This document shows, piece by piece, positions 1 through 13,709 of a stretch of DNA of 64,000 nt (position 1 is the stretch's first letter; each line of letters opens with the position of its first letter). Below the pieces are notes generated by a model that worked only from the letters and a program-made list of their open reading frames with translations, was not told the origin of the DNA and made no database searches. A program made the translations under genes and the position numbers. The stretch lies in assembly GCA_036172245.1 (NCBI GenBank), contig JAYWIR010000035.1, forward strand, positions 1,116,001 to 1,180,000. Direction: 5' to 3'. This DNA is from Raillietiella orientalis (lineage: Eukaryota).

Positions 1-1429
1 CGGCGCCGCCACCTACGGAGACAATAGCGCTCGAAGCATTCGCCGGCAGATTCGAAGAGAGGAGCACCATGGGATTGCATCTCATCTGCAGGGGAAGAAG
101 GGGATTCCCAGATACCGGGACAGAGAGGGGAGCAGTGTTTCGCGAGCGAGCTATCGAGATTCCTGAAGACTCAGTCTCTTTCAAATTTATGCTCGCATTT
201 CTTTTGGCGCCGCGCCTTTGCCCATTGAACGGCAGTGAAATAGGAGCTGAGGAAATCCGTGCCGTCAGTTCCGGAGGTAGTAAAAGAACACGACAAATCT
301 CGGAGGGATCTCCTCGACGACGACGTGATGGTTATTGGTAGCGTCGCGCAGGCTGCGCGTGATAAACACGACTTGTTCAAAATGCACAACGAAGAAGGAT
401 GAAACAGGGGATGACAGCTTGATTCTGACGATAGGATGAGCGGAAACCGGGACGATCCGTTCCGTTTTTCCCTGCACGCGGGAGGGGGGGGAGACACATC
501 AAAAGTGGCTGCAGACGAAAAGCAGCACCCTCGCTGGAGGTCCTCAGCCCACACAGCACTGAAGACCCAAGAAAGATCTATTCTGGTGAGCAGGCCGATG
601 GTTGGAGTATCCCCACGCGCTACGCAGCAGATCCGGATCGCAGGACTCTGTTCCGCAGGCCGTCGGACACACAGCAATGGTCAGCGCCGCGTAGTTCTTT
701 CCTTTTCTTTGCTATCCTTGCAACTGGAACCATCGCAAAAAGCTGATAGGAGTCATACGGTTTCACCGGGTGACGAAGGGCACGTGCGTGCGCAGCGAAA
801 CTCCACGGTCGGGCGACTCGTCTCGAGAGGGACGCTCGTCTTGGGCCTGCCAAGGCTGCAAGAACGAGCACGGCTTCATTACGGTTGGTGGCTGAGGCGA
901 GAACGCTCCTCTCCCCCTCTACTCCTCTTTCATGCCTTGCCGTACACGTGCTCTTCCGCTTCCGTCGGAACTACTGGCGTGGACGGGTGCATTTTATCAC
1001 CCACATGGGATTGGCAGCTCCAGACGATTTCCGGCGCGCAGCTCCCCGCCAGTATCTCCCGCCATCCGCTCGTCAAAGAAATCTTCACGAGCGGATCTTC
1101 TGGCCCTGCCCCGAGTCCAATCTCTGCTGGAGACGCTGTCTTATCTCGAAGAGCGCCGCCGTCTGCGTTCCGGAGATCCTAGTCAGCGTGTGACGGTCAC
1201 CTCCCGAGCAGAGGCGCACCAGCAGACGCCCGTCCGTGGCGGTTTCGGGTCGAGGGAGAACGCAAAAAGCACCGGCGAGAGCTGTCGCCCACTTCCTGGA
1301 AGTTCCGGGACGTGTCCACTTTCTACCGCTTAGGTGTCGGGAAGGGGATGCCTCCAGCAGGGTGCCATTAGCCAACGGGAGAAAGAAAGGCAACTTCCCA
1401 GTCAGTTACTCGGTTGCAGCCCGTAGTTA

Positions 1430-1671
1430 CTGCAATGGCGCTTGTGTAAGGGAACACCGAAGGGAACCTCCTCCTTGATGTCCTGGAAGGACCCAGGACG
1501 GTAGTCAACTTTCAATCCCGGCCAGTCAACGGGGTTTCCACTAGTTTTCCATTCAGGCCAACCAGAGTCATCTCGCAGGGGAGACTGGAAACTCACAACG
1601 TACCATTTCTCGGCGTCGATCCTACCCGGAACTCACGGTATCACGAGGGGAGACCGCAACCACATGGCCCC
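1430..1671 (-). mobile_element. SINE-like family copy C (partial)
   Basis: Shares an exact 24-mer gtcaactttcaatcccggccagtc (1504-1527) with 31954-31977. Its 5' end GGGGCCATGTGGTTGCGGTCTCC...GGATCGACG aligns with the copy at 15427. Confidence 0.7.
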
Positions 1672-2319
1672 AGGAGTTTTTAAAAGTTAAGGTTAGCATG
1701 GCGGTCAGAGAGCTTCCAAAGTTTGTGGCTCCAAGGAGCCGCACGTCCCGGGTGGATGCGCACCCACATGCATCGGAAAGTGGATTTCTGCAGTAAGCTC
1801 AGAGCCCGCGGTGGCTCTGCAAAGGTCAAGGCAACAGGAGTCCGTCGTCAAGGGTGACGCAAAGCTTCAGAAGGTCGCATTTTCACCCTCACAATAAGAT
1901 GAAGGCGGGAAAGCGAAGAAACCGTCAAGGTGAAGCAGATGGGCAATCGGGAAGTGAGGTCGAAATCGAGCTCTCGGGGTATTCGCATGGTGGCACCTCA
2001 GGTCGACACAAACCAAACGAGGGGGGCTTTCTGACACCCTTCCCCCCCTTCCCTTCCTTCCCCCTTCCAGCTCCGAACCGTTCTGCCTCATGGCGTGACC
2101 GCAAACGGCCCCATGATGCAAGGTTTGTGAACGAGTTCAGACAGCCGGGGCGGTATAGAATGAGATCGGCGCGAGGGTCTCGCAGCAACGGAGCTCAAAT
2201 TCCGCCAGCTTGCAGGTTGAAGTCCTCTTCTGACGACGCGCAAAGACACATACGCGTTCGTGCTGCATGCGGATACCTCAGTGCCATGCATCCTGCCCAG
2301 TGGTTGGCAGTGGATGCCC

Positions 2320-3140
2320 ATCCGAAAGTGGCTGTTGGGTTCCTGGGTGGTTTTCTCCCGCCAAGAGATCGTCCTGTCTCACGGAAGCTGCGGCGATTCC
2401 GGAAGTGGTGAACGACGGGAAAGCCGGAGAAGAGATGGTTGTCTACCTGGACTGACTTTCTTGCATTAAGCGGCCTCGAACTTGTCCGTGCAGGCACCCC
2501 CAACCCCCAACCCCAGCCACTTGTTGAATCAGTTGCTTGACAATGAATGCTACCATCACTTTTCAGAAGACAGGCAGGGGGAAGGGTGAAATGGCATTTC
2601 AGTCCTTCAATTTGTAGAAATCAAAGTCAGATGCTGAAGAGTGGAATTCGTATGCGGTACATCTTTTTGCCGAAGAACAGGTCTTCTTGAAAGAGCGCCG
2701 CAAAAGCTTCCCCCAAAACTGTTGTCTGGTGAAGCAGCGGCAAGGGTGTTCGACTAAGGTTCGCAAATTAGCCTCGGGAGAGATCGGTTGAAAGGTCGAG
2801 ATCAGATTTTAAGGTCTGTATGGGAAAGGTCCGTTATCCTGCAGTCGGATCTCTCTCTCTGCGTGCCTCCGTCCTCAGGGACGAGAAGTTGCAAAAGCCA
2901 TAATGAGCCCTCAACTCCTCACAAGATTACCGACGTAGGGGAACCCAGGCGTGCACGCTGGCAAGAAAGAAGAGCGAACAAGAGAAGGGAGGGCTATCTG
3001 GACGTTGTCTATGAAATCGGTGCGCTCAGAATCCCACTTCGAAGATGTCGCCCGAGCTCTCTGAGATATGGATCTGGCTGGAAGAACTGCGACATCAGCG
3101 GCTTCGCGATTCGATGCTTCGGAAGGTGGCGGTGCACCAG
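2320..3140 (+). mobile_element. Decayed RTE-type LINE RT fragment
   Basis: Ordered degenerate motifs: VRAGTP..PSHLLNQLLD (cf. GVRQG..LSP.LFN..LD), HLFAEE (LFADD), SLRYGSGW (LLYG.E.W). Confidence 0.45.
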
Positions 3141-3224
3141 GGGTGAAAGAGAGCAGTGAATGTTTACGGAAACATCATGGCAAGTTTTCTTTCTCTCTCG
3201 TCAGCCCAGAGGTCAGCCCTTTAC

Positions 3225-3440
3225 CTTGATTTCCTGGACGGTGATGCGCTTTCTGCGATCCTTTTCCAGCATCCTCCCTATCAGATCTTTAAGTTCGGGA
3301 GAGATCTGACGGGTTGAAGGGAAAGACAAAGGCTGGTGCTGTATTTTGTTGTACAGGCTTATGATATTGTCGTCAACGAAGGGGACGTTGCCGTAAACCA
3401 AGGAGAACAAAGTGATCCCCATGCTCCAGACGTCAGCTGC
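3225..3440 (-). CDS. CAMKK: CaMKK coding exon 7 (subdomains IX-XI); gene continues toward lower coordinates
   Basis: ttctAG|AADVWSMGITLFSLVYGNVPFVDDNIISLYNKIQHQPLSFPSTRQISPELKDLIGRMLEKDRRKRITVQEIK|GTAAAG; 216 nt, phase 0-0. I did not find the next (HPW) exon in 1-3224. Confidence 0.95.
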
Positions 3441-3833
3441 CTAGAAGAGGAAGAAAAACAAAGCGGCAACGCAACCCAGGGGAGCGTCGCTGAAATCCAT
3501 CTCGAATCTGTAAATGATCGATGAGCACCCGGCGCTTCGTTTCAGGAAAAAGCTCAGGGTTGAGTTTCCATAGCACCCTCCTTCTTTCCTACTGGGAGGT
3601 TCTCGAGTGCGGATCGCAGCTGCCGAGCAGTCCGTCTCTTCCTCTCAGAGAAGAAGGGCGTCTTTTTTTCTTCGTGGAGAGGGTAGGAGGGGAAACCGGT
3701 GAGCAGCGAGAGGGAGGCGGATGTCAGAAGGCAATATCTTTCGAAATGATGGCGCCGTCCGCCATTCTTCCTTTAGAGTTCGAAAAATTTACGAAGACCA
3801 GATCCTGACCAGGTTCATCCTGGGGCCATTTCA

Positions 3834-4172
<339 letters not shown>

Positions 4173-7056
4173 CTAAGCGTCGCGTGCCGACATGACAAAG
4201 TGACACGAATCCCCACTCGCCCTTCCTCTTTCGACGGGAGGGTGGGTCTCCGTGCCGGGGGCGGAAGGCTACCCCGGTGCTCCCTGATACGTGGTTCCTC
4301 AGCGCGCTTTCTGCCCACCCCCCTGGGTGGGAACTAAGTTCTCCCGGCAGAGAGAGGGCGGGGTCCGAGATTCGGAACGGGATTCGGGAACAGCTTGCTC
4401 TCCTTCCAGGGCGCACGCTCCCGCTTCCCACCGGGAGTCGCCCCCTTTGGGATCGCAGGAGAAGGGCGAATCGACTTCTCGACGCGAATCTTCTTGCGGG
4501 TGGACGCGCGCGCCCCGGGTCCGCGAGCTTTCCGGAGGGCCGCCCGATCTCCTGCTTCGAAGCAAACGAGAGTTCTTCGCCAAGTTCGAGAGGGGGACTT
4601 TAATCCGAACTGATCGCGGTCTCCGTTGAAGATCTCCAAGGGCATCTCTGCCCCTTGTCTTCTTTTTCCCCCTTTCACCCACTCCTCCCCTTCGCACTGC
4701 GGCAGACATCCCTCCGCTGGATGGAACGGATGTGCCTCTGCGACAGTTTAAGAAGAGGCCGCTCCCCTCTTCCTCCCGACCGCACGCTTTCGGGGAGGCG
4801 GACTTCACGACGGAGGGAATCACGGGAATGGCGCCTGCAGTCAGATGGGTGGAGCGACCTCCCAGCGCATCTCGCGACAAGCAGGGATTGGAGCTGCAAG
4901 GTGCACGCGGGATACGAGGTGGTCCGCCGCTCTGAACACCCCACTCTCTTCTCACCAGCGCTCTCGAGGCGCGCGACGAGTGCTTCCCACTTTCTCCGCC
5001 AGGGTGGATCGCCAGTGGACAGCGATGGCGGCGACTCGCAATTGCCGGGGCAACGGGACCCTTCACGACTGCTTGCCTTTGAGATCGCGCTGGTCCGCCA
5101 GCGGAGAGATCGTTTCCATTTTCTGCGAAAGATGGGGAAGGGGATGTGGTGCTTTGAACGCGAGGAGGCATGCAACATCAGAATGGATGGAAAGTTACGG
5201 CACGTCAACTGTTTCTCCTGGCCACGTGTTACGCCACTTGTCCTGAAAGGGTCGGGGCGGTAGGACTGGAACGGCCGCATGCTGCTCATGTTGCGAGCAG
5301 ATGTTTCATGCCGAGTTATGCTGGAGCAACGCTCCACCAGCTCGTCTCCTTCAGCTCTCAAAGATCACAAGGTACCGAGCGCGTGCTCTTTCATCTTTCG
5401 GCTGGATCTTTTCATTTGCGCCACACGAATGCCCTGGCTCCTCCTGCCTTGACGGAGGACCGCGAACTGATTTTCCCAACGCGGCGCTTTCTGTTCCGAG
5501 AGACGGTTCGTCAATCCTCTTCGAAACTTGGAGGATTTGGTCCTGACGGCAGGCTGCATCGGTTCCAGGGGCAGATCGGTTTCGGATCACCATGGTGGGT
5601 TGCTGGTTCCCACAGATTTGCGCTTTCAGAGTGCAGGGTTTACAGGGGATAAAATTCCAGTTTCCCGGCAGAGGATTTTTCTAGAAGTGTCGTTCGCCCT
5701 GCCACACGGGTTCGCGGAGCAGAGTGGCTAAGGGCAGCATCGAGTTGGCGCACAGGGAAACGTGCGCGCGCTCAAGAAGCAACGCACACGCCCAGCCTGC
5801 TCCCCTTTGAAAGAAGCAAGGTGGTGCCCGTCTGAAGCCCAGCTAGTCGGAAAGCTTGGCGAGCCCAGCAACCCAAAGGGGAAGGAAGCGCAAAAGCTAG
5901 AAGGAGCTCGCAGACATCATGACAAGGAGAAAGAAAAATTACGCCATCGCAGCCGTGGCCCCGATCGCCAGCATCGCCATTCGGCATCTGGCCATGAGAG
6001 CAAAGACCGTAGCAGGTCATCCAGCAAATCACATAAATCAAGGCATTGTTCCCACAGCTCACATCGCAGAGATCAACATCACGAGATCCACAAAAGGGAA
6101 AGAGATCCCCCACTCACGAGATGGAAAAAATGGAGGAAAAAAAATAAAAATAAAATCAAGAGATGCCTCTGAGGAAAGGCGAAAGCTTCAAAAGCGGAGG
6201 AGGACGAAAGCACCATCTCGGGGGGCAGGATCGAACGGTGGATAGTCTTGGAAGAGTTTTGAAGATGGCGCGTGCAAGATGGAGTCCCAAAGCGTGCTGT
6301 TCCCAGAAAGCACGACCCCCTCTGCAGAGGCACCCTGGTCCGGAAATCGCTGCCTAGTGATGGAACAGATGCTTCGTCGAAAGCTTCACAAGGATGGCGG
6401 TGGTGATCAGACTCAACCTGAGGGATTTGTTTTGAGCCTGCGTGTCGGGCAGATGCAGCTGGAGTATCCCTGTAGTCAAGACGAGAAGAGCGAGAAGCAG
6501 AGACGAAGGGACACCCCGGAAAAAGACATGCATCAGGAACCAAGTTTGTCGAGGACGATGCAACGGTCTTCCTCTTTTCCTTGCGATCGGATCCTCCCCC
6601 TCTGCCTCTTCGTCCCCCTCAAGGGAACAACACGAGCGACACTGGGATGCTGCCGTCCTGCCAGCACCCCTGCCGTCAGCTACCGTCCCCCGTGAGCTGC
6701 GAAGCATTCCGTGGGTGAACTCCTGAGTGAGTTTACCCCTTATGAAGAAGCTGGCGGCTCCGAGCGGGCAGTAGCTGCTCCCGTCACGAAGTTTCTGGAG
6801 TCACCGATCCACCAGATCCCGTCGCCTTCTCCCGCCCCCGCGAGTTCCGCTGCTCCTTCCACTCGGTCGGAATCCGGGAGCGGGTGCCCCGCGGATTGCC
6901 GTTTTCGGGTTCGGCACGTGTGCTCGCTCCGTGCAAACGGAATTCGCGCTCGTGGGGAGAGGGGCAGACGGATCGAGAGGGCGCAGTCCCCTATTCCGGT
7001 TCTGGTTCCCACATCCTGAACAATCAAGATCCCGAACGATAGTGAGAGGTAATAAG

Positions 7057-8424
7057 CGCGTGTGTTTATCCCACGTAGATTCGTATACGAATTTGTTTCC
7101 TATTCGTATTTGTTAACGTACATGTTTTTATTAAGAGTATTATTGTTGGAACGGATGTATTTATGAAGATTCAGTGACGTACATCTTACCAATAAAATTA
7201 ATAAGCCGTTTATTACATTGTTGATGCACATATTAAAGAATATAATATATATATATGTTTATTATATGTATTCATATAAAGAGTAATGTATGGATTCATA
7301 TACATCATGAGGATGGTAAAAAATAAATACATGTGCTTATTATATATATACATATATATCCATCTATCTATCTATAAATGTTGATGTATATAATAAGAAG
7401 CATATAAAGGTGACCCTCGTATAACGCGCGGTACTTTTACAACGTCGTTCCGATATAACGCTGTCTACAAATCTCCGCGAATTGGTTCGATTGATGGAAG
7501 ACGGCAAGCCAAATACAAACGGTGGGGAAGTTCTACTGAAGACTCCGACTGCGCCGAGTCCGTCAGAGAGTTCGGTTTAAAGAAATGAGCAGAAGGATCG
7601 AATTTGGCACAGAAGTTAGGAAGTTCTTTTCCGGGCAATGCATGACAGAGCGCTCGGGAAAATTCAAGAGACAACTGGATGGTTGTTTGGCTCCATGCTG
7701 GGAACTCAGCAAGAGATTGCAGCATCGTGGTATGCAAGGTCCTGTCACAGATTTTTGGATAAGACAACCAGCTGAAGCATCCAGCGAGAATTGTACAACT
7801 GATGCCGAAGAGATTTCAAGTGATAACGGCATCCGGCCACTCGTAAATAGATAACATCCACGGAATATTCCTTCTGAAGACAGTGGTGATGATTAAAATA
7901 TTCCTATCTTTGATTTTGCAATGTATGCATCATGTACAATGAACTTTATATACAATTCCTAATTTTTATAATCTTATGATTTGTTAATTACATAGTTCAT
8001 GTTCTTTTAATCATATGGATTCTTGAACGAATAAAATGTGTTTTTTTTTTTAATGTCAAATTTTTTTTAATGTCATTGTTGTTTTTGTAATTAAAAAAAA
8101 AACTACAGAATATAACAACTCTACACTTTGCATGAAACCTCATACAACGCGATTTCTATAACGCGTGATATTTCTGGAACCTGACCTCCGCGTTATACAA
8201 GGGTTACCTGTGTATTTATTTTTGATCGTCTATCGTACATACACCAACAATGTAATCAACAGCTTGCCAATCTTATTCGAGAAATGTACGTCGCTGAATC
8301 TTAATAAATACATTCGTTACAATAAGAGTACTCTTAATGAAAGCATACACGTCAACAAATACGAATCTCTATATGTATATGGAAATAAAGTCGTATATGA
8401 ATCTACATGGGATAAGCACACGCG
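7057..8424. mobile_element. AT-rich non-autonomous TIR element with ~170-185 bp diverged inverted arms
   Basis: Arm 7057-7228 (cgcgtgtgtttatcccacgtagattcgtatacga...) is the reverse complement, with mismatches, of 8240-8424. The ORF track shows the shared peptide RVCLSHVDSYT on both strands. Confidence 0.75.
7407..8210 (+). mobile_element. pogo/Tigger-like internally deleted DNA transposon nested in the TIR element
   Basis: TIRs aAGGTGACCCTCGTATAACGCG / CGCGTTATACAAGGGTTACCTG, TA on the left and TG on the right, with subterminal TATAACG/TACAACG repeats. An internal remnant reads RSGKFKRQLDGCLAPCWELSKRLQHRGMQGPVTDFW, like a pogo C-terminus. Confidence 0.72.
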
Positions 8425-8929
8425 TTCACTTGTTATGGCGCTTCGGGATTTCGGTGGGCGCCGCCCTTCCTCCTCCGTCTCTCCCATCACGCGGCGTCGC
8501 CGGAAATCGCCCCAGAAGATAATGAATAGGTGCGCGGAGAAAGCGCACGACAGGCCCAACTTTCGTTCTTCAGCGTGTGGGGCTTAAGAGCGAGAAGGGG
8601 TGAGATCGTGATGCTGCAATCCTGGGCAAGGAGAGAGACGGGAGGGGAGGGAGGAGTGGTGATGTGGTCAACGCGACATACCCAGATCGCAGAGGAATCC
8701 CCCCCCCCCCCCCACCCGACTGCGGCGAGCGCCTGAAGTCGAGACCGGATGGCCGCCTAACCTGACTGGTCCCGAGCAGGGGGGTGGCGGAGGCGAATTT
8801 TCTGACGAACTCGGCCGAGGAACGAGGGAGAAGTTTGGGTGGACAGGAGGAAAAAATTTTCTCCGGTGACCCTTCCGCTCCTTGACGGAGCTCCGCACGA
8901 GGATCCAAGATCCCGTCAAGCTAAGGAAG

Positions 8930-9480
8930 AAAACTCCTGGTGCACTGCACCAAATATCGCTTATGTGAGCGCGACGGGGTCACCAGGGACGACGCGAACC
9001 GGCTGGGGACGCCTGCAAGCAGGGAAGAGAGGAACCTCATCCGTGCTTCCGGAACGCGAGGTTGGGATTGTCGCTTCCTGGACGGTCTCAGGATGCGCGG
9101 CCGGGCGACGTCATGTCCGGCCAAGAAGCTGCAGAGTGACGTAGAACCGAAGTCCGGGTCGAGTAGCTGAGCGAGCACCAGAGGGGAGAGACGTCGAGCA
9201 GAGGGCGCTCCTCCGCGCGAGCACGCACGTGCGTGGCCTTTTGGAACGCGGCTTGGCAAGTCTGCGAACTCGCAGAGCACGGCAGCGGACGCTCCTCCCG
9301 CGAGCCCCGCAGAGACTCCCTGCGGAGTTGCTGGGGAGTGAAGCCGCAGCTCCTTCTCCCAAGCTGCTCCGCGCTGCTTGAGGAACCTCGGAACGGTCCA
9401 AGAAGGCTTTCCGCTGCCTGCTCGCTGCGTTGCGCGCGCGGCACGTGCCTTCCCCATCCTCCTTCTGCACCCCTAACTAG
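8930..9480 (-). mobile_element. Decayed LINE RT fragment
   Basis: EFADLPSRVP, RLSPLVLAQLLD and FLAGHDVA occur in the order expected for the D..KAFD.V, LSP.LF...LD and YADD motifs. Confidence 0.35.
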
Positions 9481-9939
9481 GGCGCGTGCCGATGGAACGC
9501 AAGGCTCCTCTTCCCCCCTGTGACCAAGGCTTTCGAAGCGCCAAAGCAACTCTCAGGTCAAGGGGGGCAGGAGCGAAAGTTCTTCGGAGGTGCAGGAGAA
9601 AAAGGGTCGCACTGGATTCGGAGGCACGCGAATCCGCCCGCCCACTCGCCCGCCCGAATGGGATTCCTAAAGTGGGGACGACGGCGGCGCCCTGGGTGGC
9701 AGGGAGCGTTCCGACAACGGGAACGCATTTCGACTCCTGACCCGGGGAAGGGAGCCTAAGAAGACGAGACGTCAGAGGGAAGGCGCTCACGGGGGGAACG
9801 GAACAGCCGCCCGCTGGCACCCCGCGAAAAAACACCAAACAGCAGCAGCTCGTTACCAACAACGGCGAGCAACTGCTCTACCGACGGGTTCTTCTCAATC
9901 CGGAAGTGCCCGTTCATTCTTACACAAAGAAGCAGCGGG

Positions 9940-10260
9940 AACAACGACAATAAAAAGAAGAATAAGCATAAGAATGAAAAGGATAAGAATGAGAATGAGA
10001 ATAGTAATAGTAAGAATGAGAGTAATAATAATAAGAAGAAAGATAACAAGAATAATGATAAGAATAAGAAGAAGAAGGAAAATAACAAGAACAAGAACAG
10101 CAGCAACAGCAACAACAATAACATCAGCAACGACAATAATAATAATAAGTAGCAGCAGAAGAAGAATAAAAAGAACAAGAACACCAGTAATAACAACAGT
10201 AGCATCAGCAGGTGCAGCAGCAGCAGCAACAACAACAGTAGTAATGATAATAATGATAAG
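9940..10260. repeat. Compound trinucleotide low-complexity tract (AAT/AAG/AAC/AGC)
   Basis: Directly visible; produces spurious poly-L/I/R ORFs. Confidence 0.95.
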
Positions 10261-10431
10261 AGGACAGGGCCCCAGAATTCGGAGACTACGTGGGGAAGGA
10301 TGGCTTGCAGCGAGTTGGAGCGGGCTGCTTTTGCATTTCAGGGTCCCGAACACAACCGCCTACCTACCCAGGGAATGCTCTCTTCAATTAGCCATTCGTT
10401 CCCACGCTTGAATAGTAGGATGGGTACTTAC

Positions 10432-10542
10432 AATATTCTATCCCAAGCACAATGTCGCGGAAATATTTCCAGGCCTGTTGCTCGCAAAGGGGTTTGTCTG
10501 TCGGGACAACCAGGATTTCGCCTTGGCTGAGCAGCTCGAACA
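10432..10542 (-). CDS. CAMKK: CaMKK coding exon 5 (hinge, alphaE)
   Basis: (TC)n tract + ttccAG|(V)FELLSQGEILVVPTDKPLCEQQAWKYFRDIVLGIEY|GTAAGT; 111 nt, phase 1-1. Confidence 0.95.
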
Positions 10543-12099
10543 CTGGAAGGGAGAGAGAGAGAGAGTGGTTAACGCCGACGGTTGCCGAACCGGTTTCAAG
10601 ATTTTCCATTTCTCTCGGGAGCATCGGAAAAGCCTGGAGCCGGGAGCTAAATCCTGACCACAGTCGCTCCGCGGCCCCTGCGTTCAAAAGGAGACTCTCG
10701 GAAGGCACGTCCGAGGTGGGACCGTAAAACGCATCTTTGCAAAGTTCGAAGAATGGCTACGGGCAGCGGATTTCCGGTACGGAGGCCCTCGAGTCTTCTA
10801 TAGGGCGCGCAGACGTAGCAAGCAGCTTTCCCGGCGACCTCGGGCAATCAGAAGAGAGGGGGGGCTTTTCAGAAAGCGAAGGGCAGCTTTCCTTCCGCGG
10901 CCGGTTCCCTCGACGATGCATCGCGGACGCAGTGGCGGCGATCACGACCTCGCCCCGTTCTGTGTCTTGGTCTTCGCGGTCTCCGCTGCCCCTTTGTCAC
11001 GGGAGCCACGTTTCCATGCCCCGACTCTCTCCAAGAGAGGTCGGGAGCAGTCGCACCTTCCGGTTTCAGGAGGGGGAGCTCGAAACCAGGCACCTGCGGG
11101 TCGCTCGGGCGACGGAGACTTTCCCCAACGGCCTTCGATGAGCGGGGTCGGACCGAAAGCTTTCAAGGAGGAGGAGCAGGGTTGTGTTTCCCCCCTCCGG
11201 GAGTAGACCGCCTAGGGTCTCGGGATCTGCTGCTCGTCGACGCAGTGTCGCTGGAGGACCAGGCCAACCAGGTGTCCCCATCAAGGGGGGAGGAAGACGC
11301 TTCGGGAAGAGAAAGCTGGGTTTCCATTCCCATCCCGTGGTCAGGGTGAGAGAGCGGGAGCAGGGCGTTCCGCTTGGCTGCTCGAATGATGAAACAGGAG
11401 CCAGGACACCAGTTGTGTTTCCTAGGTGCGTGAGCCCGAGCACTATCGGTGTGTCTCAAAGCAAATTCTCCTTCCTCGTTCAGGAAAACTCGCTACTTTG
11501 CTTCCGCTCCTCCTCTTCAATCGCCATGCCGCTGCCTTCATCTCTCCCTTTTCTTCGTCCTTTTCATCCCGCATCAGGGAGCGATCGGGATGCAGATCCT
11601 CTTCACGGACTCACCTGGCCCGAAGAAGGAGTAGGTTGGCGCAAAGCCTGACCTCGAAGCGTGAGAGGCACCAACAGTGCAGGCAGGAGCCGGCGCACAG
11701 CGGCAGCAGCCAGCAACCATCCGGAGACCTCGGCCAGATCGGTCAAGTGAGTTTGAGACGGCGAAGTAGAGCGCGCCTGTGCGAATGAAAGACGGGGTGA
11801 GAGTTGAACCTGCGCTTTCAGCAGTTCGGCGTTGAGGGTGAAGAAGGAGGGGAGGTGAGCGAGAGTACGAGAGAACGCCAAGCACAAGCACCCGTCAGTT
11901 ACGGAAAAGAGAAAAGGAAGAAGGAAAAATCCTCGTGCGTGTGTGAGACGATGAAAGTAGCCACCTGCAAAGAACTGCGTCCCCCTCCCCCTCATCCAGG
12001 CAGGAGACCGCACGTGTCCACTGGATTCTCCGTACGGGGCTCGAGAATTCCATCATCTCCAGATGACAAGTTCCCGAACTACGTAAAGGATGCGAGGGT

Positions 12100-13020
12100 C
12101 CGGTTGAGGTAACAACAACCATCCGCTCACTCACATGGAAGAGGAAGACAATATCTGGTGCACCGGCAATCTTTTTAGCAGGAATGGTCCCCGAGAAACA
12201 CTGGGTTATATGGCTGTCGGATGCCCGCATCCCCCGCTAAAAAAAAATGAGGGAACCTCTTGCTTCTCTACATTCGTTTCAGCCAGAAGGCACTCGATAG
12301 TACAGGGTGATTCAAAGGTTCACGAGAAAGATCTCTGACATCCGCGCAGAACAGCACGAGGTGGCAGGTTCTATGCGCGCTGCTTGCCGGACCTCCTCCT
12401 TTGCTGCTTGGAAATCAGACTTGACGAGCGACCGTGGAGCAGCAGTTTTCTGCTGTTTGCCATGGCAGTAGCCCTTGGAGAGAGATAAGAAACTCTTCTC
12501 AAGAAGCAGCAAAAGCGACGGGGATGCGAGAACGGAAGATGGAAAAATAAATCTCATCTCCTAACCCAGCTGATCTCATTCCGGGACAGTTTCACGTCTT
12601 CGATCGAGGAGAAGGGTGGGTGGCGGGACACGCATGCGTGGGAGCAGCCTGTAGAGAAGCAGGGGGTCGCTACGATCAGCTTCCATTAAAACCCAAAGAA
12701 AGATACTGCTCCCGCGAGCAACGAATGCGTTCCTAAGATTTGGAGACGGACAGGGCGTCGTTTCCAAGGGAGCAATAGAAGTGAGTGAAAAGTGCCGCCA
12801 TCTCTTTCGTAACCAAAAGTAATCAGCTGACGCAAACGCTGGGGACACTTCTTATCCGTTGAAAAGATAAATGGGACCCTGGGTATCCAGTGAGGAAATT
12901 CAGTCGAGTCATTGCAACTGGTGTGCATTCTTTGAGCAGGTGGGCGGCGTGGGGGGTAGGATGTAGGGAGAAAGAACTGGTTGTGGTTGGGAGTGCATCA
13001 TTCCCAGCCACAAACGGTAT
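12100..13020 (-). mobile_element. Decayed RTE-type APE endonuclease/linker fragment
   Basis: SADYFWLRKRWR resembles the IDYIL.RKRWR motif of RTE endonucleases; a K/A-rich linker follows. Confidence 0.4.
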
Positions 13021-13709
13021 GCGGGTCTCAGCAGGAGAAAAAAAAGAAAAGGTGGGGGAGACAATGAAAACCTTCTTTCTAGCTGTCTATCGACGGCAGC
13101 GTCGGTACCAAACGGTCCTCCTGTTCAATTCCCGGAACTTTCCGCTTGCTTCCCCCTGTTTTCGAAGAAAGGGCGAAGGGATGCTTCTGATTTTTTTTTT
13201 TTTTTGCCAGCAGGCAGTACCGAACGCGGGCGAGAGAAGAAGAGAGACTGGGAAAGCGGACCACTCGGCCCCCTTTCTCTCCTCCCCGATCTCCCCCCAC
13301 GAAAAGTGGAGCAAGAATCTCACGCTGGCCGCCAGCTCGATCGCTGGGCGCTCATGCAGACCTCGCACCGTTCTAAATGCAGCGTGCCAAGAGAGCCCCA
13401 GTGAGAGAGAGGGGGGAGGAAGGAAGAGACTCTGTGGATCCAAGGAACTCAGCCACACCAGAGGAATTCGATTCCTCCGCCGGTGGGACGCCCGTAGGTG
13501 GAGCAAGACCTCGGGTGCAAGGACGATCCCTCCTAGCTCAGAGAACAAAGGATCGCCTCTTTCCTCGCCTTCCAACAGGAACGTGTGCGTCTCCAGAGCA
13601 ATGATGGATGAGAGAATTTCAAAAAGGAGGATTTCAAATTTTCGAAGGAGGATTTTGGGAATAATTCGAAACAAAAGTGATGGATGACTACCTCATTAAG
13701 GCAAGGAGA

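Noticed and set aside
3213..3224. Read-through stop (IKVKG*) giving a CaM-independent truncated kinase
   Set aside because: Canonical donor at 3224, no evidence of intron retention, and nearby intronic stops are expected by chance.
9756..10411. Membrane-like or Arg-rich ORFs
   Set aside because: Translations of a trinucleotide low-complexity tract.
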